From an uncultured Rothia sp. (lineage in GTDB: Bacteria; Actinomycetota; Actinomycetes; Actinomycetales; Micrococcaceae), in contig CALGXU010000088.1 of the NCBI GenBank assembly GCA_937935205.1, forward strand, positions 1 through 52,093: a stretch of DNA of 52,093 bases, in the 5' to 3' direction. Shown here in pieces: positions 42,337 through 52,093 of this stretch (positions are counted from its first letter, which is position 1; every line of letters starts with the position of its first letter). Both the position numbers and the translations under genes were made by a program. Under the pieces are notes generated by a model. That model was not told where the DNA came from. It ran no database searches and worked only from the letters and a program-made list of their open reading frames with translations.

Positions 42337-44390
42337 AGATTCTGACTGAGGATTGCGACAAGCTGCCTGTTCTTGCACAGATTCTACTGAGGCGGGCACT
42401 TGTAGTGTCCGGCCTTTCGACAGAAATGCACGTCGAAATCACTGACGACGTGAATGACGAGGATATTAAAATCACCCTCGGCACTGTCAAGGGCTACAAG
42501 GGCAAGGCATACAAGACACTCTCACCTAAGCAGATCGTCACTAATCCCCAGGCTGGTCTGTTCCTCGCTCAGGCATTGCAGTACGCCTACCTCGGCGCAG
42601 AAGAACTCGGTCTGAAGCAAGGTGAAGACTGGGTGATCTGGCAGGGACAGGACATCACGTTCAAGCCGGGCACACTGATTGCACTCGATATTGAGTCCGC
42701 AGGCGACATTGACGAAGACACTTTTGCTGCTGGCCGCATCCTCTCTATCGCCCTGTGGAACGGAAAGTTCGGTGTCGTCATCCCTGAAGAGCTTGCCGAG
42801 ACCGACAAGGCAGCAGACCTTATCAAGCGTCTGTGCGACACCTGCACTGTCATCTGTCACAACGGCACGTTCGATATGCCTTACCTGTCGAAGCGCCTAG
42901 GTATCCGCGTGTACCATCACGAGGACACGCTGCTCATGCACTTCGTGCTCGACAACCTGGCTGGTGAGCATGGCTTGAAGCCTCTTGCCCGTCGCTGGTT
43001 GCGTGCTGAAGACTGGGACTCGGATGCGAAGTCCTACCTGAAGGGTGGAGCGTACTTCGAGAATATCCCCAGGGAAAAGCTCTACGAGTACAACCTGGCA
43101 GACGTTGTGTGGACTTACAAGCTGTACGAGTACTTCCTGCCTATGCTCAAGAACAGTGGCAAGTACGACTACTACCGCTACCGTATGCAGGTCACGAAGG
43201 TTCTGAACGACGTGCAGATGAACGGCGTTGCGGTGTCGCTCGATGCTCTCGATGATCTGGAAGAAAAGTACAAGCGTCAGTGTGACGAGAACCTTGTGAC
43301 ACTACGTGAGCACGCGGGCGAGGACTTCAACCCACAGTCACCTAAGCAGATCAAGGACTACTTCAAGGCTAATGGGGTGTCGTCCCCGTCGTTCGACTCA
43401 GACCACCTGAAGAAGCTGCGACGTGAAGGCAAAGAGGTTGAGTTTATCGACGCTCTACTTGCCTACCGCTACGCCGCTAAGGTGATTGGCTCGTTCATTG
43501 CCAACGTGCGCCGTAAGGTCGGTGAGGACGGACGTATCCACCCCTACTACCTGCCTCATGGTGCGAAGACTGGTCGCCTGTCGGCTAAGGGTCCGGCGAT
43601 TCAGACGATGGGGCGCGACAGTGGCATTAAGCGCGCCCTTGTCGCTGCACCGGGGTGCAAGATTATCTCGTGTGACTACTCGCAGGCTGAGCTACGTACT
43701 GTCGCTGAGCTTGCCGACGACAAGGCCATGATTGCTGCCTTCCAGCCGGGTGCGCCTGACTTCTTCGATGACCTGATGACGAAAATCTGGCCTGAAGAGT
43801 TCCCGACAATTGAAGCATATGAGGCGTTCAAGCACGAACATCCAAAGACTGCTAAGAACCGGCGCGCACTGGTCAAGAGTGTGGTGTACGGCCTCAACTA
43901 TGGCCGTGGTGTTGCCGCTATTGCGACAGCCCTTGAACAGCCTATTGAAACTGCACAGCATGTTGTCGATCAATACCTTGGTGCATATCCAGAACTTCGA
44001 GACTGGCAGACACGAGTACGCCATAGCGTCGGACGTAAGGAAGAGGACAACGAACGTAAAACCAAGTTCGGCCTCACGTTCAACCCCCTGTTTGTGTCGG
44101 ACAACAACTACAGTTCGACGCAGAACGAAGCACTTGCATTTGTTCCACAGTCCACTGCGAACGACATTTGCCTGAACGCAGCAATCAAGATCAATGAACA
44201 GGTTGGTCAATACGGAGCTAAGCTGATTGGTCTCGTCCATGACGCTACCTACGTCGAGTGCCCAGAAGAAACCATTGAAGAGTGCTCGAAGATGATGGAG
44301 CGCGAAATGGCTAAGGCAGCGACACTGGTTTTTAACCGCGTACCGTTTGCCGCTGAAGCAGAAGTCGGCAACAACTGGGAGGAAGTGTGA
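42333..44390 (+). CDS. polA: Family A DNA polymerase
   Basis: Exonuclease motifs ALDIES, HNGTFD, YNLAD; polymerase motifs KTGRLS, DYSQAELR, KSVVYGLNYG, VHDA. Confidence 0.96.
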   Translation: MKILTEDCDKLPVLAQILLRRALVVSGLSTEMHVEITDDVNDEDIKITLGTVKGYKGKAYKTLSPKQIVTNPQAGLFLAQALQYAYLGAEELGLKQGEDWVIWQGQDITFKPGTLIALDIESAGDIDEDTFAAGRILSIALWNGKFGVVIPEELAETDKAADLIKRLCDTCTVICHNGTFDMPYLSKRLGIRVYHHEDTLLMHFVLDNLAGEHGLKPLARRWLRAEDWDSDAKSYLKGGAYFENIPREKLYEYNLADVVWTYKLYEYFLPMLKNSGKYDYYRYRMQVTKVLNDVQMNGVAVSLDALDDLEEKYKRQCDENLVTLREHAGEDFNPQSPKQIKDYFKANGVSSPSFDSDHLKKLRREGKEVEFIDALLAYRYAAKVIGSFIANVRRKVGEDGRIHPYYLPHGAKTGRLSAKGPAIQTMGRDSGIKRALVAAPGCKIISCDYSQAELRTVAELADDKAMIAAFQPGAPDFFDDLMTKIWPEEFPTIEAYEAFKHEHPKTAKNRRALVKSVVYGLNYGRGVAAIATALEQPIETAQHVVDQYLGAYPELRDWQTRVRHSVGRKEEDNERKTKFGLTFNPLFVSDNNYSSTQNEALAFVPQSTANDICLNAAIKINEQVGQYGAKLIGLVHDATYVECPEETIEECSKMMEREMAKAATLVFNRVPFAAEAEVGNNWEEV

Positions 44391-44680
44391 CAGACTACAA
44401 GCAGGCACCCTGTAGTGGAGCACCAACCGAATGGTTCTACGACCCGACACTCTACGAAACAGTTGTGAGGGCTTTTTGTAATGAGTGCCCTATCAAGGAA
44501 CAATGCCTTCAAGACTGTCTGATAGCTGAAGAGACACCAATCGACGGTAAAAAGTTCCGCTCTGGTATTTTTGGTGGCCTCTCACCGACAGGCCGAAACA
44601 GGCTCATGGGTACCGGATATGCAGTCATCACCGAAAACTGGATGGAGGAAGATAATGACGACGACAGTAATAGCAATTGA
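44387..44680 (+). CDS. whiB: WhiB-family transcription factor
   Basis: C...CNECPIKEQC...GIFGG (four Cys and the G[IV][WF]GG turn). Confidence 0.88.
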   Translation: MTDYKQAPCSGAPTEWFYDPTLYETVVRAFCNECPIKEQCLQDCLIAEETPIDGKKFRSGIFGGLSPTGRNRLMGTGYAVITENWMEEDNDDDSNSN

Positions 44681-45119
44681 CCCCGGTGTGAACACCGGCC
44701 TCGTTGTGGCACGTGTTGAAGAAGAGGTGGAGATTCTACACTTCGACCAGTTCATCTGTGCGACACACACTGAGACAGCGGAACTCATCAAGCACTACCT
44801 TGACGAGTACCCACAGGCTACTGTCGTAGCCGAACAGTTCGACCTGAGACCCAGCAACAAGTTCACAGCAGACCTTACCCCCGTGAAGGTCAATGCAATC
44901 CTTGACTGGTTTGTCGATGACATCCACTACCAGACACCGGCACAGGCCAAGGGCCTGGTTAAGGACACGACACTGAAGAATCTGGGTTGGTGGCTCACGG
45001 GTAAAGCCGTGAACTATAAGGACGCAAACGACGTGCGAGATGCGTTCCGGCACCTCGTCTACTATCTCGTTCATGAGCTGAAACACAAGTGGACACTCGA
45101 CAACGGGTGGCCGAGATAG
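44655..45119 (+). CDS. RuvC-like Holliday junction resolvase
   Basis: IAIDPGVNTG, VVAEQF, QTPAQAK, DVRDAFRH. Confidence 0.82.
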   Translation: MTTTVIAIDPGVNTGLVVARVEEEVEILHFDQFICATHTETAELIKHYLDEYPQATVVAEQFDLRPSNKFTADLTPVKVNAILDWFVDDIHYQTPAQAKGLVKDTTLKNLGWWLTGKAVNYKDANDVRDAFRHLVYYLVHELKHKWTLDNGWPR

Positions 45120-45120
45120 C

Positions 45121-45164
45121 GAAAACCCCTCTGCTAGGAAAGGAGAACTAGCAGAGGGGTTTTC
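45121..45164. terminator. Bidirectional terminator between the convergent replication and tail arms
   Basis: 17-bp inverted repeat GAAAACCCCTCTGCTAG/CTAGCAGAGGGGTTTTC with loop GAAAGGAGAA. Confidence 0.85.
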
Positions 45165-45228
45165 TGTGCCTCACGCCCAACAAGCAAACACACAGAGGTG
45201 GTTGATTGTCACCGACTAGTATAGCACG

Positions 45229-45903
45229 TCAACCGATCTTTGTCGCCTGAATGGTCAGGCCACCCCAGCCAAGGTTCGTGCTCTGGTCGATTTGCAGCCT
45301 AATAGACACTGACACTTCCTTGCCGGGGGTATCAACGTACTTAGCAATAGGGCCAACATGAACGAACATGACATTCTTATCATGGCCGTACGTGTTGAAA
45401 ACACCAACATTATGTTCCTTGCCGTCAATCATCATAAAGACGTTGATATAGGCACCATTAGCGTTATAGTCATTGGTCATGGTGATCTGACCCGAGATCA
45501 GCCACAAACCAGCCTTCGACAGACGGATATTACGGCTAACGCGTGCATTAGCACCATCAGCAGTATAGCGGCGGTAATCAGCAAACGAGGCATTTTCGTT
45601 CACGTAATCCGTTTCGACAGCGCCACCCCAAATCTTAGTGAGCTGACCGTTGCTGTTAATCAGCATCTCCTTCGTGTCCTTACGGTAGATAAGGACATCA
45701 TAGTTGCCAGCCCCAGCCTTACGGATAGCAGTCAGCTTAGTGTCATAATCACTCGCATTGTTAGCGATAATGACACGGCCATTCTGAAGCTGCTTCACAA
45801 CATCAGAAACAGAATTGAAACCCAAGTTCATGAAAACAGGCCAACTCTGGACAATATCTGAATCAGAGTAAGTCCAGATACCCTGATCGTTAACCGTACC
45901 CAT
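45229..45903 (-). CDS. Minor tail protein / receptor-binding candidate
   Basis: Last tail gene; MGTVNDQGIWTYSDSD N-terminus and a beta-rich C-terminal domain. Confidence 0.65.
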   Translation of the reverse strand: MGTVNDQGIWTYSDSDIVQSWPVFMNLGFNSVSDVVKQLQNGRVIIANNASDYDTKLTAIRKAGAGNYDVLIYRKDTKEMLINSNGQLTKIWGGAVETDYVNENASFADYRRYTADGANARVSRNIRLSKAGLWLISGQITMTNDYNANGAYINVFMMIDGKEHNVGVFNTYGHDKNVMFVHVGPIAKYVDTPGKEVSVSIRLQIDQSTNLGWGGLTIQATKIG

Positions 45904-45904
45904 G

Positions 45905-46525
45905 TTAGTACCTCACTCCTGAGAATTGAACGGAAACATATGCGTGACCGTTGTGGTTGTCGATATATTCCGGGTGCTCCTTGGAACCCTTCAACCCAAT
46001 AAAGGCAGTTCCATACTGGAAATTGTCGTAATCAACAACCATAGTAAACGACAAGCCAGTTACCATAACCAAGTCAGTGCCTCGGCCACCCCGTCCTGTA
46101 GCAAGGCCCGAAACCACATACGGGATATGCGCAAGTTTGCGCTCGCGGCCAAGATGATCTCGAACGCCTGTGAAAACCTGCGGAAAGATATACTCACCAG
46201 TAGTCAACGGAATCACAGGAATGTAAAGAAACCCTGTAATAGACAGCTGCATGAACGAACCAGCGTTACCCCAATCCAAAGGCGCTTTCCACAAGTCCTC
46301 ATAGGCACCAATGCCAGGATTACTACCGGGCTGTTCAACAAGCATCTCCTGATAGAACGGCTGTGCAACACCATTGGCAGCACGCGAAGAAGTCAAGGCA
46401 CTAACAGCATCATACGAATTACTGACCTTACTCTTCATCAAGGTCATATCATTCTCAAGATACGCTACGCGCCTGTCGATGTCACTTCCCCATGCCTGGG
46501 ATGGGGTCGGTAGATTGTGCTTCAT
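45905..46525 (-). CDS. Minor tail protein
   Basis: NLPTPSQAWG..IDRRV..LE N-terminal coil; synteny. Confidence 0.65.
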   Translation of the reverse strand: MKHNLPTPSQAWGSDIDRRVAYLENDMTLMKSKVSNSYDAVSALTSSRAANGVAQPFYQEMLVEQPGSNPGIGAYEDLWKAPLDWGNAGSFMQLSITGFLYIPVIPLTTGEYIFPQVFTGVRDHLGRERKLAHIPYVVSGLATGRGGRGTDLVMVTGLSFTMVVDYDNFQYGTAFIGLKGSKEHPEYIDNHNGHAYVSVQFSGVRY

Positions 46526-48281
46526 TGTGCGTCACTCCTTTCAACGTCAACTCTCGAAGCGTGATACCAGCCTCAAGGGGATAATCCGTAACTCGGGGCC
46601 TATCGAATATTGTAGCAACATCCGACACCCTAGTAAGCGCCTCACACGAAGCCTTCACACTAGACTCATCATACGAAGCTGACTTGATATGCCATGTAAA
46701 GTGATCGTACACGGCTGTCGTCCCAGCAATGCGACCAAACACCTGCTGATTCGACACCACAGGCTTGTTCTTCGTGAACTCCAACAAGTCATCCATGATC
46801 TTCTTCATGGTCGTACCACGAGGCCACTTCTCAGCAGCCTTCTCAGGCAATGGTGAGCCAGTAAAAGCATCGACATCAGACAGATACACAGGCTCACGCT
46901 CGAAGTCATACACGACATCTGTGTATGACTCGTGCATCGGAACAGTGCCAGTCCAATCCATCTCAGCAGAGTAGCCAAACGCGCTCTGGGCCTTATACAC
47001 ACAAGCCTCATACGCCTGGGTCTTAGTCGTTAGGTTCATGCTGTCGATCTTCACAGCATCCGTCTTATGTGGGTAGCCAGTGTAGAACGTAAATGTCTCC
47101 TGGTCACACAAGTAAGCGTGCCCATAAATACGGAGGGTGCTGTAGTCAGTTTGACCATCCGACTCAGCAATACGATAAGGGGATAGACGCTCATTCGACA
47201 TGCCCGTCACAGTCACCTTGATCTGATTCGCCTCGTCGCCCTTCTCGATGTGGAGCGAACCGCCCTCGGCGTACCACTGAGCAGGTGTAATCGGCTTGTT
47301 GTCCTTGCCGACGACAGAGTACACGGAGCGCGCAAAGTAGATCTGACCGTTAGCACGAGTCCTAATATTGAAGTCCGTACCAACCTCGTTAGGCATCACA
47401 CACTCAGGCTGAGAATACAAATAATCAATCGTCCCTTGAATCTCAAGCACAAACTCTTTAGTCTCGCCAGACTCGACTGACAAAACCTCAGCAGCCTTAA
47501 TGGACTCCACTGTCGTCTTGTTGTTAGACGGCTGTGGGTGGATAAGGCTAATGCGATCTTCGCCTTCAATGCGAGGGCGGGTACCGGCAAGGTTGCCTGA
47601 GCGATAATCAGAAGAAGCTAGGTCAATGACAGGGGGGTAATAAGTACACTCAATATGCGAGAAAGGCTCACCAATAGCCCACTGAATCGAATAGTCTACA
47701 GTAGAGCCTTGGAACCTCGTAAGAACAGTGTGGTTCTCAAACAGCACAATCGTGTCATAAACCCACGTAATCTGATAATTGTTAGCAGACAAGAAGCTCT
47801 TGAGGATAGTCCACAAATTACCCTTACCACCAACAAAATCGTACGTTTTAGTTGCAATAGTGGTCTTAGGTGCAATAAATGGATTACGTTCATTAGCAGT
47901 CGGCTTAGCGACATACACCTTTGGAGACTCGACACCCGCAGCCTTAAACACCTGTGCGATAACCTTGTCCATCGTCACGCCCTGAAGGTGCTTAACCTCA
48001 GCAGACACATCAAGACGATAAAAAGGGTCATTCAACGTAGCAGACCAGGACCACGGGGTATTCGTAATTGACCGGACAAATGCGTGAGTACGGCCAAAGA
48101 CAGGGCTGTCAAGACGAATCTCCTTCGTCATCACATCCGCAGCCTCAACGTATCCAGCACCCTCAAGAGAATACTCAGAGAAACCGCCCGTTGTCGAATC
48201 ACGGTCAAGAGACACAGCATCCTCAACGACAGACCAACCAGTCAGCTTGTTATTGGGAAACCCAATAGCCTGCATCACCAC
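46482..48281 (-). CDS. Minor tail protein (baseplate hub / Tal-like)
   Basis: 599 aa, second gene after the tape measure. Confidence 0.7.
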   Translation of the reverse strand: MVMQAIGFPNNKLTGWSVVEDAVSLDRDSTTGGFSEYSLEGAGYVEAADVMTKEIRLDSPVFGRTHAFVRSITNTPWSWSATLNDPFYRLDVSAEVKHLQGVTMDKVIAQVFKAAGVESPKVYVAKPTANERNPFIAPKTTIATKTYDFVGGKGNLWTILKSFLSANNYQITWVYDTIVLFENHTVLTRFQGSTVDYSIQWAIGEPFSHIECTYYPPVIDLASSDYRSGNLAGTRPRIEGEDRISLIHPQPSNNKTTVESIKAAEVLSVESGETKEFVLEIQGTIDYLYSQPECVMPNEVGTDFNIRTRANGQIYFARSVYSVVGKDNKPITPAQWYAEGGSLHIEKGDEANQIKVTVTGMSNERLSPYRIAESDGQTDYSTLRIYGHAYLCDQETFTFYTGYPHKTDAVKIDSMNLTTKTQAYEACVYKAQSAFGYSAEMDWTGTVPMHESYTDVVYDFEREPVYLSDVDAFTGSPLPEKAAEKWPRGTTMKKIMDDLLEFTKNKPVVSNQQVFGRIAGTTAVYDHFTWHIKSASYDESSVKASCEALTRVSDVATIFDRPRVTDYPLEAGITLRELTLKGVTHNEAQSTDPIPGMGK

Positions 48282-49198
48282 GAGTAAACCTCTTCCAAAG
48301 TAACCGAAGCCGTGTAATGACCCCGATAGTTGTTCACAGTCACAACACTAGCCGAGCCAGGAACAACCTGAAGATTTCCACCACCAGAAGGGTACGCGAA
48401 CTCATACAGGTTAACTGCTATGTCGATGTGTGTATCCTCGGGCACGATCTGAAGCATAGTCCAATCGAGTCCACCTTCAAACCTCGGAAGAATCGACACC
48501 TCCCACAAACCGGGATCAAGTGCGCGCACCGTATTCTTATTGATAGTGAAGGTGTCAGAGACACCAGTCAATTTACGGAAATTAAACGCAAACGGACTCT
48601 TACCATCTTCCGGCCCAGACGACAAAAACACGCCCTTATGGCCTTTAGGCACAAGAACACGCTCAGTGTAACTTCCAACCTTCGACAAAGCCAAAGACAC
48701 CTGCCGCCCATTCAGACGATCAACAGTAGACTGGAACTTGTTGTTCATCTGAAGTACACCACTCTTCAGCACGACACCAGGATGTCCAGACTGAGAGTTG
48801 TTAGCCTTCGTGGGGAATAGTGCTTGCTTACCCCAATCGTTGAAAGCAAACGGTGAACCAACATGGTAGTGCAAGTACGGCAAACCCATCAAAGGCGACA
48901 AAACGTTCTTCATCGAGAACGGGTCCAGATACGTCACCCACTCGCCCGTCCTGTTCATGAACAGCTCACGGAACTTGTTAGCCTGCTCACGATTCAAGAA
49001 CGACCACGACAGCTCATAATGCCTGCCACCGTACACAGAACCACCCATGTAGGACAGACCATTCAGAAGGCGCTGTGAGTCGCCCGAATGAACATTAGTC
49101 GAAACAGGCGACTCGTCCGGTGCGGGGAACCACTCAATAATGTCGTTCCCCACACCGAAACAAACCTCACGGGTTGCGCAACCCCTAGTAGACACCAC
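48275..49198 (-). CDS. Minor tail protein (distal tail-like)
   Basis: First gene after the tape measure; WFPAP...LLNG...YELSW...YLDP. Confidence 0.7.
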   Translation of the reverse strand: MVSTRGCATREVCFGVGNDIIEWFPAPDESPVSTNVHSGDSQRLLNGLSYMGGSVYGGRHYELSWSFLNREQANKFRELFMNRTGEWVTYLDPFSMKNVLSPLMGLPYLHYHVGSPFAFNDWGKQALFPTKANNSQSGHPGVVLKSGVLQMNNKFQSTVDRLNGRQVSLALSKVGSYTERVLVPKGHKGVFLSSGPEDGKSPFAFNFRKLTGVSDTFTINKNTVRALDPGLWEVSILPRFEGGLDWTMLQIVPEDTHIDIAVNLYEFAYPSGGGNLQVVPGSASVVTVNNYRGHYTASVTLEEVYSW

Positions 49199-52093
49199 GA
49201 TTACCTGTCCTCATATTGCCGTTGTCGATGCTCTGGCTAATCGCGCGACCATCAAGCATGACCGCAGTCGAAACAGCCTTCACCAACTGATTAAACTGTG
49301 ATGGGTTAATTGTAACAAGACCGTCACCACCACCCATAGCATAGACACCACCCGCCGACACAGGAACCTGCATCGTGTTCAGCGCGTTCATGAAGCCCTT
49401 GCCGTAGAAATCGACAGCAGGCTGAGAAATCACGTACTCACCACTACGAACACGGAACATGCCCTTGCCGTCCGTAGCCATGAGGTTGTCGGCCTTCGGG
49501 TTAGCCGGAGGACGACCAGGCAACAAGCCGCCACCCGCAAAACCAGGCAGAGAGTTCGCGCTCGACAGCAAACCACCCTTGTAGAGAGTTCCCAGGTTCC
49601 TACCGGACCTACTGCGAACAGTACGGTTCTGGCTACCCAGCGGATTCATCCGCGCGGCATTAAGCGCAGCGGCATAAGACGCTTCATCAATCTGGTAACG
49701 AATCCTGACATTAAGTTCACTATGGCTAGGCTGAACGGGAACCGTCACACCATTAGAGTGAAGCGAGTCAATAGCATCCTGTGTCGAGCCGACAGTGCCG
49801 TTATCAGTCACATGCTCCTTCACCTCACGAGGAACCTGGCCGATAGTCGAAGTCAAGCTATCGAAAGCCCCAGCCAACTCAGTAACTTCACCCTGGTTGA
49901 ACCCAAGCTGAGTAACCTGGTCAATAAACTGCTGCTTCAGGGATTGTGTATACGCCTCAATCTCCTGGGTCGAATGACCAGCAGCAGCATACGCCTCAAT
50001 CAGACCAATCATTTGAGACTGCAACGACCGCAAAGCCTCACGGTTAGCAATAGCAGCCTCGGTGTAGCCCTTCAGAGCAAACTGCCCGGCTTGGAGGGTT
50101 GCAATCTCCTTGTCGTTATCAGCAATCTTCGTCTGGCCTTCGTTGATCTTCTGCTTAGCCTCGTCAATATCAACCTGAGTAGATTGTGCGCGCTCAGTGT
50201 CACCGTACTTCACGGCGACAGCATGGAAGAACTCAGCGTCGTGCAACTCCTGCTGGTTCTTACGCATATCCGACGCAAGTTTCTCATTTTCCTTACGAAG
50301 ATCAGAAACCTTCTTCGTCGTGCCCTCAACATCCTTCTTCAGGCTGTTAAGACCCTTACGGTAATTGTCCTGAGCAGTCGTAGAGCGCCACCAAGTAGAC
50401 AGCGCCTTGTCGAGCGCCGACTTCAGACGACTAAGGAAGTCCTCGAAAATCTCAGCTGCGGTCTTCGTTTCCTTCTTTGCTCGGTTTGCGCCACCGCCTC
50501 CACCGGAACGGGGCTTATGACCACCGCCACCGCCACCGGAACGAGACGGCTTAGCCTTGAAGTTGTTACCACTAAACGCCGACGTGCCATTGTTACGATT
50601 AGCAAACGTTGGCATACGAATCTTGGACTTCTTACCGGCAGTGTACGAACCCTTGCCAGTCTTCGACTTCGAGCCGCCGATAGCGCCCATGTAGCCCTGA
50701 ATTGACTGCCAGATAGCCTGTACCTTGCCAAGGAAACCTTGAGCCTGCGACACAGCCTGAGCCGCGTTATCAACCATCTGACCAAGCGACGCATCCGTAG
50801 CGCTATGGTCAACCTCGCCAGACTCATAAGGTTGGGCGATAATCGCGGCCATAGTGTCTCGCTGCTGCTCAAACTGCGACATGTCGAAGCCCTGAGCAGC
50901 AAGGAAGTCAATGGTGTCTTGAATCGAGTTCTGCGCGTACTGGTACGCCTCTTCGCCGGTCAGACCCATTTCCTCAATACCGGCAGCAGCGGCGTTACCC
51001 ATCTTCTCGAAGTAATCCGAGATAGCAGCAATGTTCGCTTGGCCGTCTGGGCTGTTCGGGTCCATCGACGTGCCATGCTCCTGCATGGACTCGTACACCT
51101 GCTGCAACGACGAATCGAGAGCAGCAGCCGCGTCTGTCGATGAGAACATCTCGTCAAGTACAGAGCGAATAGCCTCGGCCATGCTATGAAACTCGCCCTT
51201 CGCGTCACCAATCTTCAGACCGGCCTCTTCGGTCTGCTCGCCGGTCTCTTCGACACCCTGGCCGAAAAGGATAGCATCGTTCAGAGCGTCACGCATAGCA
51301 CCGCCGACACCCTCAGTCTTCGACTTCAAGCCTTCTAGAGCTTCAATCTGCTGGTTGTATGGTTGAGCAGCATTAGCACGCTTCTGATTAGCAGCTGCAT
51401 TGCCACCGCTTGTACCATTCATGGTGCCGGTGTCAACGATTGTACTGTTAACAGCGTTAACAGCATCAGCCTTACGAGCCTTAATCTGGTCGATGTAGCC
51501 ATTCACGTAAGCATCAGCGGCCTTCTGTCCACCACCCTGAGCCTCAGACGTAGACGCGAGCTTAATGTACTTCTGATACGAGAAGCCCATGTCAACCAAA
51601 GCCTGCTTGGTTTCCTTCGACATGCCCTTAAACGCATCAGAACCCTGCACAGCGTCCATGATCAACGCCTGGGTGTGCTCACCAATCTTCAGGGTAGAGT
51701 AACCCATAGCATCGGCCTGCTCGTGCGTAGCCTGAACAACCTGACCAGACTTATCCACGTAGTAACCAAGCGCCTGACCGTCAGCAGTCAGAACTTCACC
51801 ATTCTGTTCAATCGTAGCGTTCAGCTCAACAAAGCCAGACTGAGTGCCGTTACCGACTTCCTTCGTATCCTGAGCCAAAGCGTTCAGAATCGCAGAAGAA
51901 CCACCAACAGCGTTCTTAAACTCGTCAGCCTTAGCCGATGAGTCCTGGAAAGCATCACCAAGGTATGTAGCGCCGACAGATACAGCAGTAAGGGCAGCAG
52001 AAATGACAAGACCCCACGGCCCGCCGAACATCGACATCAAGCCAGAACCCACAGACGACAGCTTGGTCAACGCACCCACAGCCTGACCGGCAC
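49185..52093 (-). CDS. Tape measure protein, C-terminal part
   Basis: GGPWGL amphipathic region, coiled coils, and the C-terminal GFAGGG...D...VRSGEYVI...AV...G...NALN motif. Confidence 0.92.
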   Translation of the reverse strand, partial: AGQAVGALTKLSSVGSGLMSMFGGPWGLVISAALTAVSVGATYLGDAFQDSSAKADEFKNAVGGSSAILNALAQDTKEVGNGTQSGFVELNATIEQNGEVLTADGQALGYYVDKSGQVVQATHEQADAMGYSTLKIGEHTQALIMDAVQGSDAFKGMSKETKQALVDMGFSYQKYIKLASTSEAQGGGQKAADAYVNGYIDQIKARKADAVNAVNSTIVDTGTMNGTSGGNAAANQKRANAAQPYNQQIEALEGLKSKTEGVGGAMRDALNDAILFGQGVEETGEQTEEAGLKIGDAKGEFHSMAEAIRSVLDEMFSSTDAAAALDSSLQQVYESMQEHGTSMDPNSPDGQANIAAISDYFEKMGNAAAAGIEEMGLTGEEAYQYAQNSIQDTIDFLAAQGFDMSQFEQQRDTMAAIIAQPYESGEVDHSATDASLGQMVDNAAQAVSQAQGFLGKVQAIWQSIQGYMGAIGGSKSKTGKGSYTAGKKSKIRMPTFANRNNGTSAFSGNNFKAKPSRSGGGGGGHKPRSGGGGGANRAKKETKTAAEIFEDFLSRLKSALDKALSTWWRSTTAQDNYRKGLNSLKKDVEGTTKKVSDLRKENEKLASDMRKNQQELHDAEFFHAVAVKYGDTERAQSTQVDIDEAKQKINEGQTKIADNDKEIATLQAGQFALKGYTEAAIANREALRSLQSQMIGLIEAYAAAGHSTQEIEAYTQSLKQQFIDQVTQLGFNQGEVTELAGAFDSLTSTIGQVPREVKEHVTDNGTVGSTQDAIDSLHSNGVTVPVQPSHSELNVRIRYQIDEASYAAALNAARMNPLGSQNRTVRSRSGRNLGTLYKGGLLSSANSLPGFAGGGLLPGRPPANPKADNLMATDGKGMFRVRSGEYVISQPAVDFYGKGFMNALNTMQVPVSAGGVYAMGGGDGLVTINPSQFNQLVKAVSTAVMLDGRAISQSIDNGNMRTGNRGVY

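Noticed and set aside
37004..44450. Minus-strand ORFs such as 37004-38026, 39448-40356 and 43692-44450
   Set aside because: Antisense to well-supported replication genes.
45229..49198. Diversity-generating retroelement or alternative genetic code affecting tail genes
   Set aside because: No reverse transcriptase or TR/VR pair seen; genes are intact under the standard code and no suppressor tRNA is present.

Overview
The window appears to be an essentially complete, circularly permuted ~52 kb siphovirus genome from a high-GC Actinobacterium. An oral Actinomyces/Schaalia-like host is inferred from WhiB, an LAxTG sortase substrate and the endolysin type. The virion and lysis module runs on the minus strand from ~15.3 kb through position 1 and continues from 52093 to 45229: endolysin, holin, terS, intein-containing terL, portal, protease/scaffold, decoration protein, capsid, head-tail proteins, major tail protein, tail chaperones, a tape measure split across the window ends, and minor tail genes. 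A ~1.1 kb non-coding control region (27060-28190) separates two divergent early arms. The leftward arm carries small ORFs, 3 tRNAs, a sortase-anchored surface protein, dUTPase, NrdH and an ANT protein. The rightward arm carries small acidic ORFs, a helicase, dCMP deaminase, Cas4-like nuclease, Sak4-like ATPase, SSB, primase-helicase, PolA, WhiB and RuvC. No integrase or repressor was recognised. The most striking unexplained structures are: (1) two covarying ~50-nt tRNA-like elements lacking the anticodon arm between early genes; (2) eight promoters each with a CRP-like GTG-N8-CAC box exactly 10 bp upstream of the -35; (3) about 11 diverged paralogues of one small domain; (4) a phage-encoded LAxTG cell-wall-anchored protein; (5) short promoter-terminator units, two of them carrying anti-Shine-Dalgarno sequences; (6) a class 3 intein and a probable +1 frameshift. 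All calls come from reading the sequence by eye; no database searches were run.
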